Assembly (NCBI GenBank): GCA_011364985.1 | Contig: RDOC01000002.1 | Span: 64,001 to 128,000 of the forward strand | DNA from: Candidatus Thorarchaeota archaeon | GTDB taxonomy: Archaea; Asgardarchaeota; Thorarchaeia; Thorarchaeales; Thorarchaeaceae | Length of the DNA: 64,000 nt | Reading direction: 5' to 3' | In this document: positions 1-9,957 of the stretch, piece after piece | Layout of the letters: each line of letters opens with the position of its first letter | Numbering within the stretch: position 1 is the first letter of the stretch | Program-made: the position numbers and the translations under genes | Notes under the pieces: model-generated | Databases searched by the model: none | The model's input: only the letters and a program-made list of their open reading frames with translations | What the model was told of the DNA's origin: nothing

Positions 1-474
1 GCAGGAGTCATTCTTGGTCATACTGCAGTTATTCATGCTGGATTGAATGCCGTACAGACGCAGAGTTATGGTTCAGAAGCAAGAGGAACTGCAGCAAAGA
101 GCGAGATTATTCTGAGTAACAGCCCTATAAGATATCCAAAAGTACGTGAGGCAGATTATAGCATTCTTATGTCACAGAAAGCATTTGATATGTATCTTGA
201 TGGGGCCAAGAAAGAAAGTGTCTTGATTGTAGATCCAGACCTTGTAGATAGTCAAGGCATTATAGATTATGAAATCGTAGAGATTCCAGCAATGAGAGTA
301 GCTGATGAGATGGGGTTGAGAGTGATATCAAATATGGTAATGATAGGGGCCTTTGTAAAGAAATCAGGTGTATTCGGAGTAGATGCATTAGAATTATCGC
401 TCAAGGATTTTGTAAGCTCAAATGCATTAGAAAAGGACATTGAAGCTGTTAGAGCTGGAGCAAATCTTGTTTAA
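1..474 (+). CDS. korC: 2-oxoacid:ferredoxin oxidoreductase gamma subunit (5'-truncated by window edge)
   Basis: Frame is open from base 1 (AGVILGHTAVIHAGL...). Motifs QTQSYGSEARG and NMVMIGA are typical of POR/KOR gamma subunits. Confidence 0.85.
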   Translation, partial: AGVILGHTAVIHAGLNAVQTQSYGSEARGTAAKSEIILSNSPIRYPKVREADYSILMSQKAFDMYLDGAKKESVLIVDPDLVDSQGIIDYEIVEIPAMRVADEMGLRVISNMVMIGAFVKKSGVFGVDALELSLKDFVSSNALEKDIEAVRAGANLV

Positions 475-749
475 CCGCCATGTACCAAAGGTAAAATGAT
501 GATTATGTCTCCTTGACTCACTTTTGAATCGAGACCGCCAGTTAAGCCAATGTCTGTTTCATTGAGAAGAACTAATGTATCGCGATCAATTAAATCAGGA
601 GTGCTCCAGAAATGCTGGATTTCTGTGAATTTTCCAACAAGCGTTTGCAGTACTTCACGTAGAATTGTGTCGTCACCGATTTCGACATCATACCGAGATA
701 ATTTGACATGGACTGCAATTGAGCCGCGAAGTATTATTGTGACGCTCAT
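471..749 (-). CDS. MoaD/ThiS/SAMP/Urm1-family ubiquitin-like (beta-grasp) protein
   Basis: 92 aa; C-terminal LVLLNETDI...GDIIIILPLVHGG with di-glycine end. Confidence 0.9.
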   Translation of the reverse strand: MSVTIILRGSIAVHVKLSRYDVEIGDDTILREVLQTLVGKFTEIQHFWSTPDLIDRDTLVLLNETDIGLTGGLDSKVSQGDIIIILPLVHGG

Positions 750-876
750 GGGTATCAGACTCTTGAATGGAAAGAGATTTTGATAAAGGAACCGGCATGG
801 ACATACCTCCTGACTTGTTTAGCTAAATAACTCGTTTGTACCGAGGGATTTTCTTATCTTAGACTTCTGTACTGAT

Positions 877-2376
877 ATGGCCATGGACTGTGAAGATATC
901 CCACCGAATAATGAAGCAATGAGTCATGCGGCTCGCTTGTTTGGTCTGAAAGAGACCAACAATGACTCCGTACGTCTAGTGAAAATTCTTGCAGTCCTGT
1001 TTCCATCTTTTGCAATTTCGTTTCAGATTAGTACAACTTTTTATATGATATTTATTGCAGAAACGTTGGGAGGAGGAGATTACGTTGCAGGTCTGACTCT
1101 GGTTGGCGTGCTTGTGATCATCAGTCTCGGTGCACAGACCATATTTGATTATCCCACTGGAGCAGTTGGAGACTGGATAGGTCAACGGTATATCATTGCC
1201 TCGGCACTTTTATGCTATTCAATTGCCTTTGGAATCACTTCAACCGTTGACAGTACAACACCATTTCCGGTCTTTGTTGCAATATATGCTCTAATGGGAA
1301 TTGGATCTGCTCAAGAAAGTGGTGCCTTTCAGGCATGGTTCGATTCGAATTGGAGAATTGCTATGCCCTATGATGAAGATCGCAAAATCTATGGTGTGTT
1401 TTGGGGACGCATAGGTATGGTTTGGCAGGTTTCATCGACTCTTGTACTGATCCCAGGGTCTTGGCTAGCATTGGTCCTTAACCGGCAGTGGGTGTTTCAG
1501 CTGCAGGCGATACTGTCTGCTGTCTTGGCTATGACTGTTCTCCGCCTTGTGAAGGACCTTCCTGGGGTAAGAAACGAAACAGATGACCGGCCTTCCTTGG
1601 AAGAGTATGGTCATCTGCTTAAGGACGGTGTAAGATTCTTAGGTTCTAGTAAATTCGTGACATTCATCATCCTTGGAGAGGTGTTGATTTGGAGCACTGA
1701 TCTGGTATGGTGGAATCTGCTCCTTTTCCCATTCTATTTCATCTACTTGTTTAGTGATGTAGCTGTGTCCTCCTATAGAACTCTTGTCTTCATTCCCGAA
1801 GCATTCATGCAAGAGAGAAGTGGTATTTGGTCCCGCAGATTTGACCCGAAAATTTGGATACCCCGTTTTAGGCTGTTGCAGTTTGGAGGAGTTTTCTTCT
1901 ATATTCTACTTGCATTGATAGTGGTTGTCTTTCCTCCTCCATCATTGAATTCAATATCCCTTGTAAGTATCAAAATCCCATTTACCGAACTCTCGGTTAT
2001 TGAAATGCCAATACAGTCAGTAATACCGGTCACACTCGTCTTCTTAGTATTTGTTCTTACAAGTGCATTTGGTGGTTTTGCGCAGATTTTGACACAACGC
2101 ATTATGATCGATATTATTCCTAATCGAATAAGAAATAGTATGTATTCCTTACAGCCAACTCTAATCATGTTAACTTCAATGCCACTCATCGCATTTTTCG
2201 GATGGATTATTCCCGAAACTGGTTTTCCACCGGTTTTCATTTTGTGTGCTCTTATTACATTTGCCGGAGCTATGCTAATCAGGATTGCATTTTCTCATCC
2301 AATACCAAAAGCTGAAGCAATAGTCCAAGCGACAAAAGAAGAAAAAAGAGAGATAGATGAAATGGATGTGGTGTAG
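877..2376 (+). CDS. MFS transporter
   Basis: About 12 hydrophobic segments; motif A-like DYPTGAVGDWIGQR; GSAQESGAFQAW. Confidence 0.85.
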   Translation: MAMDCEDIPPNNEAMSHAARLFGLKETNNDSVRLVKILAVLFPSFAISFQISTTFYMIFIAETLGGGDYVAGLTLVGVLVIISLGAQTIFDYPTGAVGDWIGQRYIIASALLCYSIAFGITSTVDSTTPFPVFVAIYALMGIGSAQESGAFQAWFDSNWRIAMPYDEDRKIYGVFWGRIGMVWQVSSTLVLIPGSWLALVLNRQWVFQLQAILSAVLAMTVLRLVKDLPGVRNETDDRPSLEEYGHLLKDGVRFLGSSKFVTFIILGEVLIWSTDLVWWNLLLFPFYFIYLFSDVAVSSYRTLVFIPEAFMQERSGIWSRRFDPKIWIPRFRLLQFGGVFFYILLALIVVVFPPPSLNSISLVSIKIPFTELSVIEMPIQSVIPVTLVFLVFVLTSAFGGFAQILTQRIMIDIIPNRIRNSMYSLQPTLIMLTSMPLIAFFGWIIPETGFPPVFILCALITFAGAMLIRIAFSHPIPKAEAIVQATKEEKREIDEMDVV

Positions 2377-2502
2377 ACTTGGTTAATTAGTATATTTACT
2401 GGTCCGTGATTATGCTAGAATCCAATTTCTCTTTTTTGGGTCTTTAAATCGGGAAACCCTGACTGATTTTTGATTCATACTACTTGCAAAGGATGATTTC
2501 TT

Positions 2503-3441
2503 ATGACCGTCGTTGGAATATCTCAGCAACCAGAAGCTGAAGAACAGCAGCATCTCCTCTCAAGAATTGGTCTCTTGCCATTGGCAGGACTTCTCTTCGC
2601 GGTGGCCGTCGTTTGGCGGTTTGTAGATGTAGTTGTCTTGCATTTGGGGGACTCATGGCTAAACATTATGCCGTCCAAGCTCTTTCCGCTATTAATCATT
2701 GTAGGAGCCTTCTGGAAGTATAGAAGAACGGAAGTAGTGTCTGTTCTTGGTCTTTCCAAAGGCAAATTCTTCAAGACACAAATGATATTGGGAGTTGTCC
2801 TATCTGGTACATGGTATCTACTACTTGATGTAATTCCTCAAGTTGTCTATGCCACCTTCTTTGACTCAGCATATCAATTAGGCTTCCAAATAGCAGATGC
2901 TGATTTACTATTCTATTCCTTGATCTTCTTTATCACTAACGGCTTCCTTGAAGAAATCCTCTTTAGAGGCGTCCTTCAAAATAGCTTTAGGATGAAAATA
3001 GGTGTGGTTGGCGGGATTGTATTATCTGGAGTTCTCTTTGGAGTCTGGCATGCCATCTGGCCGATAATCAATGGAATTGACAGTCTATTCTCTGTGGGAC
3101 AAGCAGTATCTATGGTTGTCTTTTCTGCAGTCTTTGGGACTTTGTACGGTGTCTATTACGAGAAGTTCTCAAGTGGACGTACATTGGTTGCCCTCATAGT
3201 CTCTCATACTTTCATGGACTTCGTCAATGAGCATCTGAAGTTTGGACCAGAGCTACTTGTGCCTGGTCCGGATTACGTCTATACAAATCCATCAATTTTG
3301 GGTATCACTATCTTGTTTTTTCTGATAGGGTATTTTGCGATGATTCTATTCTTTTGGAAGTTCAAGGTAGAAGATGTCAACGAAAAATGGAGCGGTTTTG
3401 TGAGTCATCTAAAGATGAGATTTGGAGGAGATAGCATATAA
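2503..3441 (+). CDS. CPBP (Abi/CAAX type II) intramembrane glutamic endopeptidase
   Basis: Motifs EEILFRG, FGVWH and SHTFMD in a multi-TM protein. Confidence 0.9.
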   Translation: MTVVGISQQPEAEEQQHLLSRIGLLPLAGLLFAVAVVWRFVDVVVLHLGDSWLNIMPSKLFPLLIIVGAFWKYRRTEVVSVLGLSKGKFFKTQMILGVVLSGTWYLLLDVIPQVVYATFFDSAYQLGFQIADADLLFYSLIFFITNGFLEEILFRGVLQNSFRMKIGVVGGIVLSGVLFGVWHAIWPIINGIDSLFSVGQAVSMVVFSAVFGTLYGVYYEKFSSGRTLVALIVSHTFMDFVNEHLKFGPELLVPGPDYVYTNPSILGITILFFLIGYFAMILFFWKFKVEDVNEKWSGFVSHLKMRFGGDSI

Positions 3442-4115
3442 TGCAAACCGAAATAGCCTTCATTTCATCGGGGCTTTCAACGATTGTGTCTACAATTCTG
3501 GCCACATATTTAATACAGAAGTGGTATCATCAGAAAGCACGTCTGCCCTTTGATCTTCCATTAATGTTTGGTGTAGTATTTGTCGCAAGTGCACTAAGCC
3601 AATTCTTCAAGTCGGCCACATTGATTGGGTTCGTTCCTGATACTCTTGAAATGTTTAGACTTAGGACGTTTATCATTGCTTGGGTGTATATACCTTGGTC
3701 ACTGGTATTGATGAGACTTCTGTGGCCAAGCGGCAAGAGATGGCATCTTAGACTCTGGGGGGTACTAACTGCCGTTTCTGTAGGGGTGTCATTGTTTGCT
3801 CCAACCCAAGCAATAATGCAGACTTACCACACAATATGGATTTTGATAATCATTATTGGTGTGATAGTCACATTTTCGGTCACTTGGAAGACAGGTCGTC
3901 TAAAGGAAGTGAGAAGTGAGCTTGTAGTCCTTGCCTCTATTTTGGCTGTTATTAGTCAAGTTGGTCAGATTGTATGGGCTGCTGCAGGGTTGACATGGAT
4001 TGGAGATATGTTTACCGTATTCAGTGTAACGCTTTATACGATTGCACTAATCAATCCTTGGCACAAGAAAGAGATCGCTTCGTCTAGTCCCGAACCAGTG
4101 CATGTAACGGGATGA
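3441..4115 (+). CDS. Hypothetical 7-TM membrane protein
   Basis: Seven hydrophobic segments; start overlaps the CPBP stop (TAATG); GGAGG upstream. Confidence 0.7.
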   Translation: MQTEIAFISSGLSTIVSTILATYLIQKWYHQKARLPFDLPLMFGVVFVASALSQFFKSATLIGFVPDTLEMFRLRTFIIAWVYIPWSLVLMRLLWPSGKRWHLRLWGVLTAVSVGVSLFAPTQAIMQTYHTIWILIIIIGVIVTFSVTWKTGRLKEVRSELVVLASILAVISQVGQIVWAAAGLTWIGDMFTVFSVTLYTIALINPWHKKEIASSSPEPVHVTG

Positions 4116-4173
4116 AGGACAAGACTGGCGTTTCATCGAGTTCAGGGAAGGTCAGATTCTTCTTTTCTCAAGT

Positions 4174-5148
4174 CTAAGATTCTAGCGATTCTAATGATTT
4201 TCTCAACACTTCTGGGTTAATTGCGCCAGCCTTGTGAACCTTACCTGTTTCAGTATCATTGAGTGTCAATTCAGCTGGACTGAAAAGCAATGGGTCAACT
4301 TTGTAGAAGTCAAAATCAAAACTCTTGAACAGATCATAGAAAGGGACTCCATATTGGGAAGAGGCTGAGGCAGGGGCTTTTTTAATTAAAGAGGAAATAT
4401 CATCAGTAGCATCACCATGTACGTAGAGAAATACTCTACCACCGTAAAGGATGCAGTCATTGCACATCCCCATGGCTCTAGCATCGTTCTTGGCAGCAGG
4501 AGCCACCGGAGCAACTCCATATCCTTTTCTTATCTTCTGAGTCCTAAAGCCAAGTGTATGTAGTTTGTGCAATCCCACTTCTAGGACTCTGGCAGAGATC
4601 TGTACAGATCCTGCTTTGCTTGCCGTTGGCGCAACTACACAATGAAGATTCGAAGGAACTATTCCGCATTTCTCGGCAATGAAATCAGTTACTTTCGTAG
4701 ACGGCAATACATTGGATTCGAGTACTATTACAGCTTCATTAAAATCATCTTGATATTCTAACTCATCAAATAGCTCTTTCTCTACACAAGCAAGTGCCCT
4801 TGCAGGACCGGACGCCATCGCAACGAAATCATCAACCTTGATTCTCCATCCTGCGAGTTGAGAACCTAAGGTGGCAATCGAAGGCTTATCCGTGCCCACA
4901 ATAACAGCAGGCAATGTTATATTGTCGATGTGAGTATGTGCAAAACGAACTGCACCCAATCCTCCCATGGATATTTCGCCAATCAGACGCCCAGCCTCTT
5001 CACTTCCACTGACCTCGATTCCTGCATCGACTATTGTTGTTCCATTAGGTTGTTCGATAACAGAACAACTAAGGTTATCCTCTAATTTTAGCATCTCTTT
5101 GAAGATGATTAGAGCATTCTGGTTGACACTGGTCTCCATGTTTTCCAT
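4174..5148 (-). CDS. mch: Methenyltetrahydromethanopterin cyclohydrolase
   Basis: Motifs LGSQLAGW, SGPARALA, GSVQISAR, NDCILYGG, DFYKVDPLLFSPA. Confidence 0.95.
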   Translation of the reverse strand: MENMETSVNQNALIIFKEMLKLEDNLSCSVIEQPNGTTIVDAGIEVSGSEEAGRLIGEISMGGLGAVRFAHTHIDNITLPAVIVGTDKPSIATLGSQLAGWRIKVDDFVAMASGPARALACVEKELFDELEYQDDFNEAVIVLESNVLPSTKVTDFIAEKCGIVPSNLHCVVAPTASKAGSVQISARVLEVGLHKLHTLGFRTQKIRKGYGVAPVAPAAKNDARAMGMCNDCILYGGRVFLYVHGDATDDISSLIKKAPASASSQYGVPFYDLFKSFDFDFYKVDPLLFSPAELTLNDTETGKVHKAGAINPEVLRKSLESLES

Positions 5149-5151
5149 CCT

Positions 5152-6006
5152 CTATGACATGTGTTTGTTGGTCTTTGTTTGTAGGAAAATCTCTAGACGT
5201 GGATTATCTTCTGAAAAATCTCCAATGAACTTAGTCCATTGCTCCTTTGTGCTGATATTATCATCTAGGAAGTCTGGTCGTTTCGATTTGAGATAGCGCA
5301 GATAGTAGCCAATGAATTCATTGTTGGCAGTATCATTCAACCTGTATGTTGGGAGTATAGACTTGACTGTACCAATGCAAATGATTAGTCCTCTGGTTGC
5401 TTCTACACCAATTCTCTCATCTACATTTCCACACAGGATTATTGTACCACCCATCATTCGAGCAGCAGCTAGAGGCCCTATGTCTCCCCCTATGACAATG
5501 AAACCCCGACACATATGGGACGCCAGTTCGGAAGCTACGTTTCCCTTTACGTAGACCCGTCCACCTGTCATGCCGGTCTTGCTGCCCCGATATGCAGAAC
5601 ACAGGTTATGATCTGCGTCACCTTCGATTTGTATGTTTCCTCCAGCCATCTCGGCAGCAGTCCACGAACCTACAGAACCAATTACATGAATTCTGCCCGA
5701 TTTCATATTAGCGCCAAGGTGCATTCCTGCATTGCCCTCGATCTTGATTCGTCCTCCATCCATCCCTTTACCAATCATCTTTACCTGATTCAAGTTGCCG
5801 CTAAGGAGAATCTCGGTTTCCTTGGCAGTCGGTCCTGCAGTTCCATCTATGTCAAAGAATTCGGATAGGTGATGAATACTGTTTCCTTGAATGACCGGCA
5901 TATCTCGAATCTCGTGTAGACTCCTTCTTGCAAAACTGCTTGGCGTTATGGACTCTGCCTCGATAGGCAAATCCAATGTTGCTCTTAGTTTCATATGCAC
6001 AGTCAT
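5152..6006 (-). CDS. fwdC: Formylmethanofuran dehydrogenase subunit C
   Basis: N-terminal PIEAESITP and repeated GxxMxGGxIxIxG beta-helix units (GKGMDGGRIKIEGNAG; GMTGGRVYVKGN). Confidence 0.92.
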   Translation of the reverse strand: MTVHMKLRATLDLPIEAESITPSSFARRSLHEIRDMPVIQGNSIHHLSEFFDIDGTAGPTAKETEILLSGNLNQVKMIGKGMDGGRIKIEGNAGMHLGANMKSGRIHVIGSVGSWTAAEMAGGNIQIEGDADHNLCSAYRGSKTGMTGGRVYVKGNVASELASHMCRGFIVIGGDIGPLAAARMMGGTIILCGNVDERIGVEATRGLIICIGTVKSILPTYRLNDTANNEFIGYYLRYLKSKRPDFLDDNISTKEQWTKFIGDFSEDNPRLEIFLQTKTNKHMS

Positions 6007-6121
6007 ATAATGCCCCTTCGAACTTGGACTTTCTCAACTTTCTAATAAAAACTGTGAACAGCATTCTGGTTGAAGATACAGAAAAAAGGAGCGATATATA
6101 TTTTCAAGCCTAGCTAGGGTT

Positions 6122-7027
6122 GTGAAGAGATTGAAAATCAATGGCGTAGAGATTGAGGATACTTACGCAGAAGCGTTTAGTATGCATATGAATCGAACGC
6201 TGATTACGGCCTACGATTCAGAGTGGGCCCGCATCACCGCACTGGAAGCTACTGGATTTGGAACTTCGATCATCATGTCGCCGGCAGAGGCTGGGATAGA
6301 GTATGTTTTGAATGATGAGGCAACTCCGGATGGTCGACCAGGAGTCAGGGTCATTTTTGCTACAGCAAGGAAAGAGGACCTTCAACAGCAGCTTCTGGCA
6401 CGTTTAGGACAGTGTGTTCTTAGTAGTCCTACAGCTTCTGCCTTTGATGCAACACCTGATCCAAGAGATTCGTATGAGATTGGCAAGAAACTAGCAATGT
6501 TTGGAGACGGCTATGAGATTAAGAAAGGACCTATTGATGGCCGTGTGCTTTGGCTAATTCCTCGTATGAGTGGAACTTGCGTCATTCAGAATACCTTCAA
6601 TAGCGTCCGTGGAGTGGCAGGTGGAAACATCATTTACTTCTGTGAGAATCTTAGTAGTGCAATGGGAAGCGGAAAAGCTGCAGTAAGGGCTATTGAACAG
6701 GTTGAAGGAGTGTACACTCCATTTCCCGGAGGGTTGGTTGGGGCAGGATCGAAGCCATCATCCAAATATAAAGGATTGAAAGCTTCAACAAATGAAGCAT
6801 TTTGCCCGAGTATTAGGGCGATAGTACCGAACACACAAGTTCCCAAGAAATGCGAGTTTGTGATGGAGATAGTAATCAACGGTCTCACCGAGAGTATGGT
6901 AGCAGAAGCAATGAGAACAGCAATTGAAGTGGTATGTCGATATACTGGAATCATCAAGATAACTGCAGGCAACTATGGAGGAAGGATTGGAAAATATCAG
7001 ATAGAGTTGCATGATCTGTTATCGTAG
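6122..7027 (+). CDS. ftr: Formylmethanofuran--tetrahydromethanopterin N-formyltransferase
   Basis: INGVEIEDTYAEAF, TPDGRPG, GVAGGN, ASTNEAFCP, AGNYGGRIG. Confidence 0.95.
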   Translation: MKRLKINGVEIEDTYAEAFSMHMNRTLITAYDSEWARITALEATGFGTSIIMSPAEAGIEYVLNDEATPDGRPGVRVIFATARKEDLQQQLLARLGQCVLSSPTASAFDATPDPRDSYEIGKKLAMFGDGYEIKKGPIDGRVLWLIPRMSGTCVIQNTFNSVRGVAGGNIIYFCENLSSAMGSGKAAVRAIEQVEGVYTPFPGGLVGAGSKPSSKYKGLKASTNEAFCPSIRAIVPNTQVPKKCEFVMEIVINGLTESMVAEAMRTAIEVVCRYTGIIKITAGNYGGRIGKYQIELHDLLS

Positions 7028-7161
7028 ATCATCTCTGATTCTGAAAAGCCTTGGAGGTTTTCCGATGACCATCATTAAGTCAAGTCTTGCAACAAGAAGC
7101 AGATGTTTTCATCAAAGGCTTTATAATGTTCAAGATTGGGATTTCACTTGAGGATGCAGCC

Positions 7162-7389
7162 ATGTCGCAAAATATGCCAATCAAGGCTCTAGAGGCGGTT
7201 TTGAATGATGTGATTTCTATAAAGCTGAAGGATCAGAGAATTTTTCGAGGACGCTTAACAAGATGCGATATGTACATGAACCTCACATTGAGTGATGCAG
7301 AAGAGTTAGAAAACAACGAGATTAGGGCAAAATATGGTGAACTCCTTCTCAGGGGTAACAACATACTGTGGATTCAGATACCTGAATAA
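7162..7389 (+). CDS. Sm/LSm-family RNA-binding protein
   Basis: Sm1 (GRLTRCDMYMNLTLSDAEE) and Sm2 (LLLRGNNILWI) motifs. The ATG at 7162 is the likely start rather than 7087. Confidence 0.92.
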   Translation: MSQNMPIKALEAVLNDVISIKLKDQRIFRGRLTRCDMYMNLTLSDAEELENNEIRAKYGELLLRGNNILWIQIPE

Positions 7390-7397
7390 GAACTGCC

Positions 7398-9416
7398 TTA
7401 TCTTTCAATCTCTCGACGATATCGTTCGACAAGTTCGATTAGTTCTTCTTCGCCTTTTTGCCGTGCCTGTTCTTTTACTTTCAGTATGAAACGATGAAAC
7501 TGCTGTTCAAACTTCTTTTTACTTATGAAAGCGAACTCATCAATTCTTTGTAATTCCACCTTGTCAGCAGATATCACTGGAACTGCAGCCTTTACCAATG
7601 CATCCTCGGAAAGATGTGACAAAGGAGAGTCGGTTATTACGGCACGAACTCCCTGTTCGATTAGTAATCCTGCCGTTTGAGAACCTCCTCCGCTTGCATC
7701 CTCAAACAAAACGATATCTCCGAATCTTATGCCAACTTTCTTATTGTATTCTTGAATGCTTTCTTTTGTGAAGTGCGGAATCAGTTTGATAGCAAGCATA
7801 TCACCACGCATTTCCAAGTGCTTCACTCCTTTTATGAGCTTCAATCTATCTTCCAGCATCTTGATGCGTTTGTGCAGTCCGTCAGTTTCTCTTCGCATCT
7901 GTTTAAGTTCGGATTCTTTCTTTGCCAGCTCTCTGTCGCGTTTGATTCTCCAATAATTCTTTTTATTGATGATTTCGAGGCTATGAGCAAGCTCACTCTC
8001 TCTGAACTTCAGATATTCCACAACTCGGAGATGATCTTCAAGTTTCTCGTGGAGAATCTCGTTCTCGGATTCAACTTCCTCATATTTCGATTTTAGTAGA
8101 TCATATTTTTCCTGAGTGAGGGGTTCTTCAACTTGAGGAGGTTCAGGTTCTACTTCCACCTCTTCGGATTCTTTATGGAGAAGGATGGAGATTGCCTCAG
8201 CCATTGGCATTCCCTTGATAACAAGAGCTTTGAGCTGATTCCTGTCTATCACCAGCTGCTTGTCTCTGACTTTGCGATCGATTTGTTCCAGTTTTGGAAG
8301 AAGACTGCGGTATGCGTAGACTGCAGCAGTAAGCGCGTCCCGTTCGTGAGCGTTTCTGATACGCCCTGAATCCGAAAACTCCCTCGCGATTTCCTGTTTG
8401 TCAGCTACTGAGATTTCCTTTTTGGGGACAAACAACTCAGTATTTAGTATGCTTGCGATTTTCTTTACAAAATTAGGGACAGTATTGACATCGGTTGCAA
8501 CCATAACAGGAATTCCGCGCTCGTAGACTTCTCTTATGATGTCCGCTCTAGTAAGTGATTTTGCACTGAGAAGAAATGGATTATGTCCGGAAAGAGGAAG
8601 CAAGCATATCGCTGCTGTTGATCCGGGGTCGATTCCCAAGATGAAGTATTTCGGACGAATTTGAGCTGCGGTAGGTTTGGGCTCCAGAGGCAGAAACTCA
8701 GCTCTTTTTCGTACAGGTGAGATAAGAACCTTAAAATCTCCTCCGCGTTTGGATTCAATTAGGTCGCGAATGACAGGAAGTGGTGCAAATGCTATGATAC
8801 ATGCACTTGAATATCCAAAATCGGATTCTCTGATATCAATGTCATAATCAATTCCTGCCTCCTTTACTTGGGACTCAATGAAACGAGTCATCTGCTGTAT
8901 TACCGAGTGCACCTTTCGCCGAAAACGGTTTGCGCTTTGGCCTCCTCGGCCTGGTTTTCTTCCTCTTGTAATCTTTATCTCAGTCTGTTCCCCAAAACAT
9001 TCGAGTCTATGACCCACACCTAGAAAAGTCAATTGAGCTACAATACGTGCAGCATCAAGAGGCGCAATCTTTCCACGCGCACTCAAACCGTGACATTTGG
9101 CAAGCCGTTTTAGAGACATCTGATGCGGAGGAACGCCTGTCACTTGAACCATCTGTGTTTCTGGTGGAATGCGATTTACGAAGCGGAATAATGACTTGCT
9201 ATCTGAAACAACTTCAAAGATATTATCAGTGCTTATCCATTTTGGACGAATTTCACGAATTATCCTCAAGAGATTACTTCGTGATATCTCAGGATATTCA
9301 TTGAGAATAGTGCCTCCTTTCATTATAACACAGGCAAACTTTGGACTTGTCTTTGATTTGGGGCTATGAGATGGAAGTGTATCGAAACCGATGATGAATT
9401 CGTTTTCATCGCCCAT
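7398..9416 (-). CDS. DUF460-family protein (RNase H-like fold domain plus long coiled coil)
   Basis: GRKPGRGGQSANRFRR, ILGIDPGSTAA, NAHERDALTAA, C-terminal coiled coil and DASGGG. Start is uncertain (ORF extends to 9461). Confidence 0.8.
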   Translation of the reverse strand: MGDENEFIIGFDTLPSHSPKSKTSPKFACVIMKGGTILNEYPEISRSNLLRIIREIRPKWISTDNIFEVVSDSKSLFRFVNRIPPETQMVQVTGVPPHQMSLKRLAKCHGLSARGKIAPLDAARIVAQLTFLGVGHRLECFGEQTEIKITRGRKPGRGGQSANRFRRKVHSVIQQMTRFIESQVKEAGIDYDIDIRESDFGYSSACIIAFAPLPVIRDLIESKRGGDFKVLISPVRKRAEFLPLEPKPTAAQIRPKYFILGIDPGSTAAICLLPLSGHNPFLLSAKSLTRADIIREVYERGIPVMVATDVNTVPNFVKKIASILNTELFVPKKEISVADKQEIAREFSDSGRIRNAHERDALTAAVYAYRSLLPKLEQIDRKVRDKQLVIDRNQLKALVIKGMPMAEAISILLHKESEEVEVEPEPPQVEEPLTQEKYDLLKSKYEEVESENEILHEKLEDHLRVVEYLKFRESELAHSLEIINKKNYWRIKRDRELAKKESELKQMRRETDGLHKRIKMLEDRLKLIKGVKHLEMRGDMLAIKLIPHFTKESIQEYNKKVGIRFGDIVLFEDASGGGSQTAGLLIEQGVRAVITDSPLSHLSEDALVKAAVPVISADKVELQRIDEFAFISKKKFEQQFHRFILKVKEQARQKGEEELIELVERYRREIER

Positions 9417-9532
9417 GGTCTCAGCACTCACTAAAGATTCCGTCGGATTGGCTATAAGCATTCAGATAGAATCAGGAATGTATCAGGAGAGTAAACCAGT
9501 ATATCCAAACAATAACTATAATAAAGGATACT

Positions 9533-9856
9533 TTGAGCAACGTGCCAGACTCCTGCGAGGTGTTACAACTGTCAGAATCACTATTGGTTAGCGACGAGGA
9601 TGCAATCTTACGTATTGGGCGCGCGTTGTCATCCAAGACACGACTGAAAATACTGAAACTTTTGCTTGAGAAAGACAAGGACGCAAATGTGACAGAAGTT
9701 GCAAGGCATCTTGGTGGTACTGAAGCAAATGCTAGTGCACAAATCAAGATCCTGTATGATGCAGGACTTTTGGAGTGCCGTTATGAACCTGGACAACACG
9801 GGTTAAAGAAAATATCAAAGACGAAGATCAAAAAGATTACGATCGACTTGGACTAA
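9533..9856 (+). CDS. ArsR-family winged-helix transcriptional regulator
   Basis: RALSSKTRLKILKLL...NVTEVARHLG...SAQIKILYDAGLL. Confidence 0.85.
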   Translation: MSNVPDSCEVLQLSESLLVSDEDAILRIGRALSSKTRLKILKLLLEKDKDANVTEVARHLGGTEANASAQIKILYDAGLLECRYEPGQHGLKKISKTKIKKITIDLD

Positions 9857-9867
9857 TCATAATATGA

Positions 9868-9938
9868 ATCCCCTTTGGAGTATTCCAATTAGGAAGTCCT
9901 GAAGCTGGAAGATAGCATTTCTTTGTTCCAAAGGGGAT
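9868..9938. terminator. 12-bp perfect inverted repeat between convergent genes (terminator or small structured RNA)
   Basis: ATCCCCTTTGGA (9868-9879) / TCCAAAGGGGAT (9927-9938). Confidence 0.4.
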
Positions 9939-9957
9939 ACTTATTCTTTGGGTTTTG

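Noticed and set aside
3441-4115. Microbial rhodopsin (7-TM)
   Set aside because: No retinal-binding Lys motif (DxxxK/SxxxK) in helix 7.
9864-9940. Possible eukaryote-like SECIS element (ATGA...GA around a stem)
   Set aside because: The kink-turn register is incompatible with the 12-bp stem, and neither flanking gene shows an in-frame TGA needing recoding.
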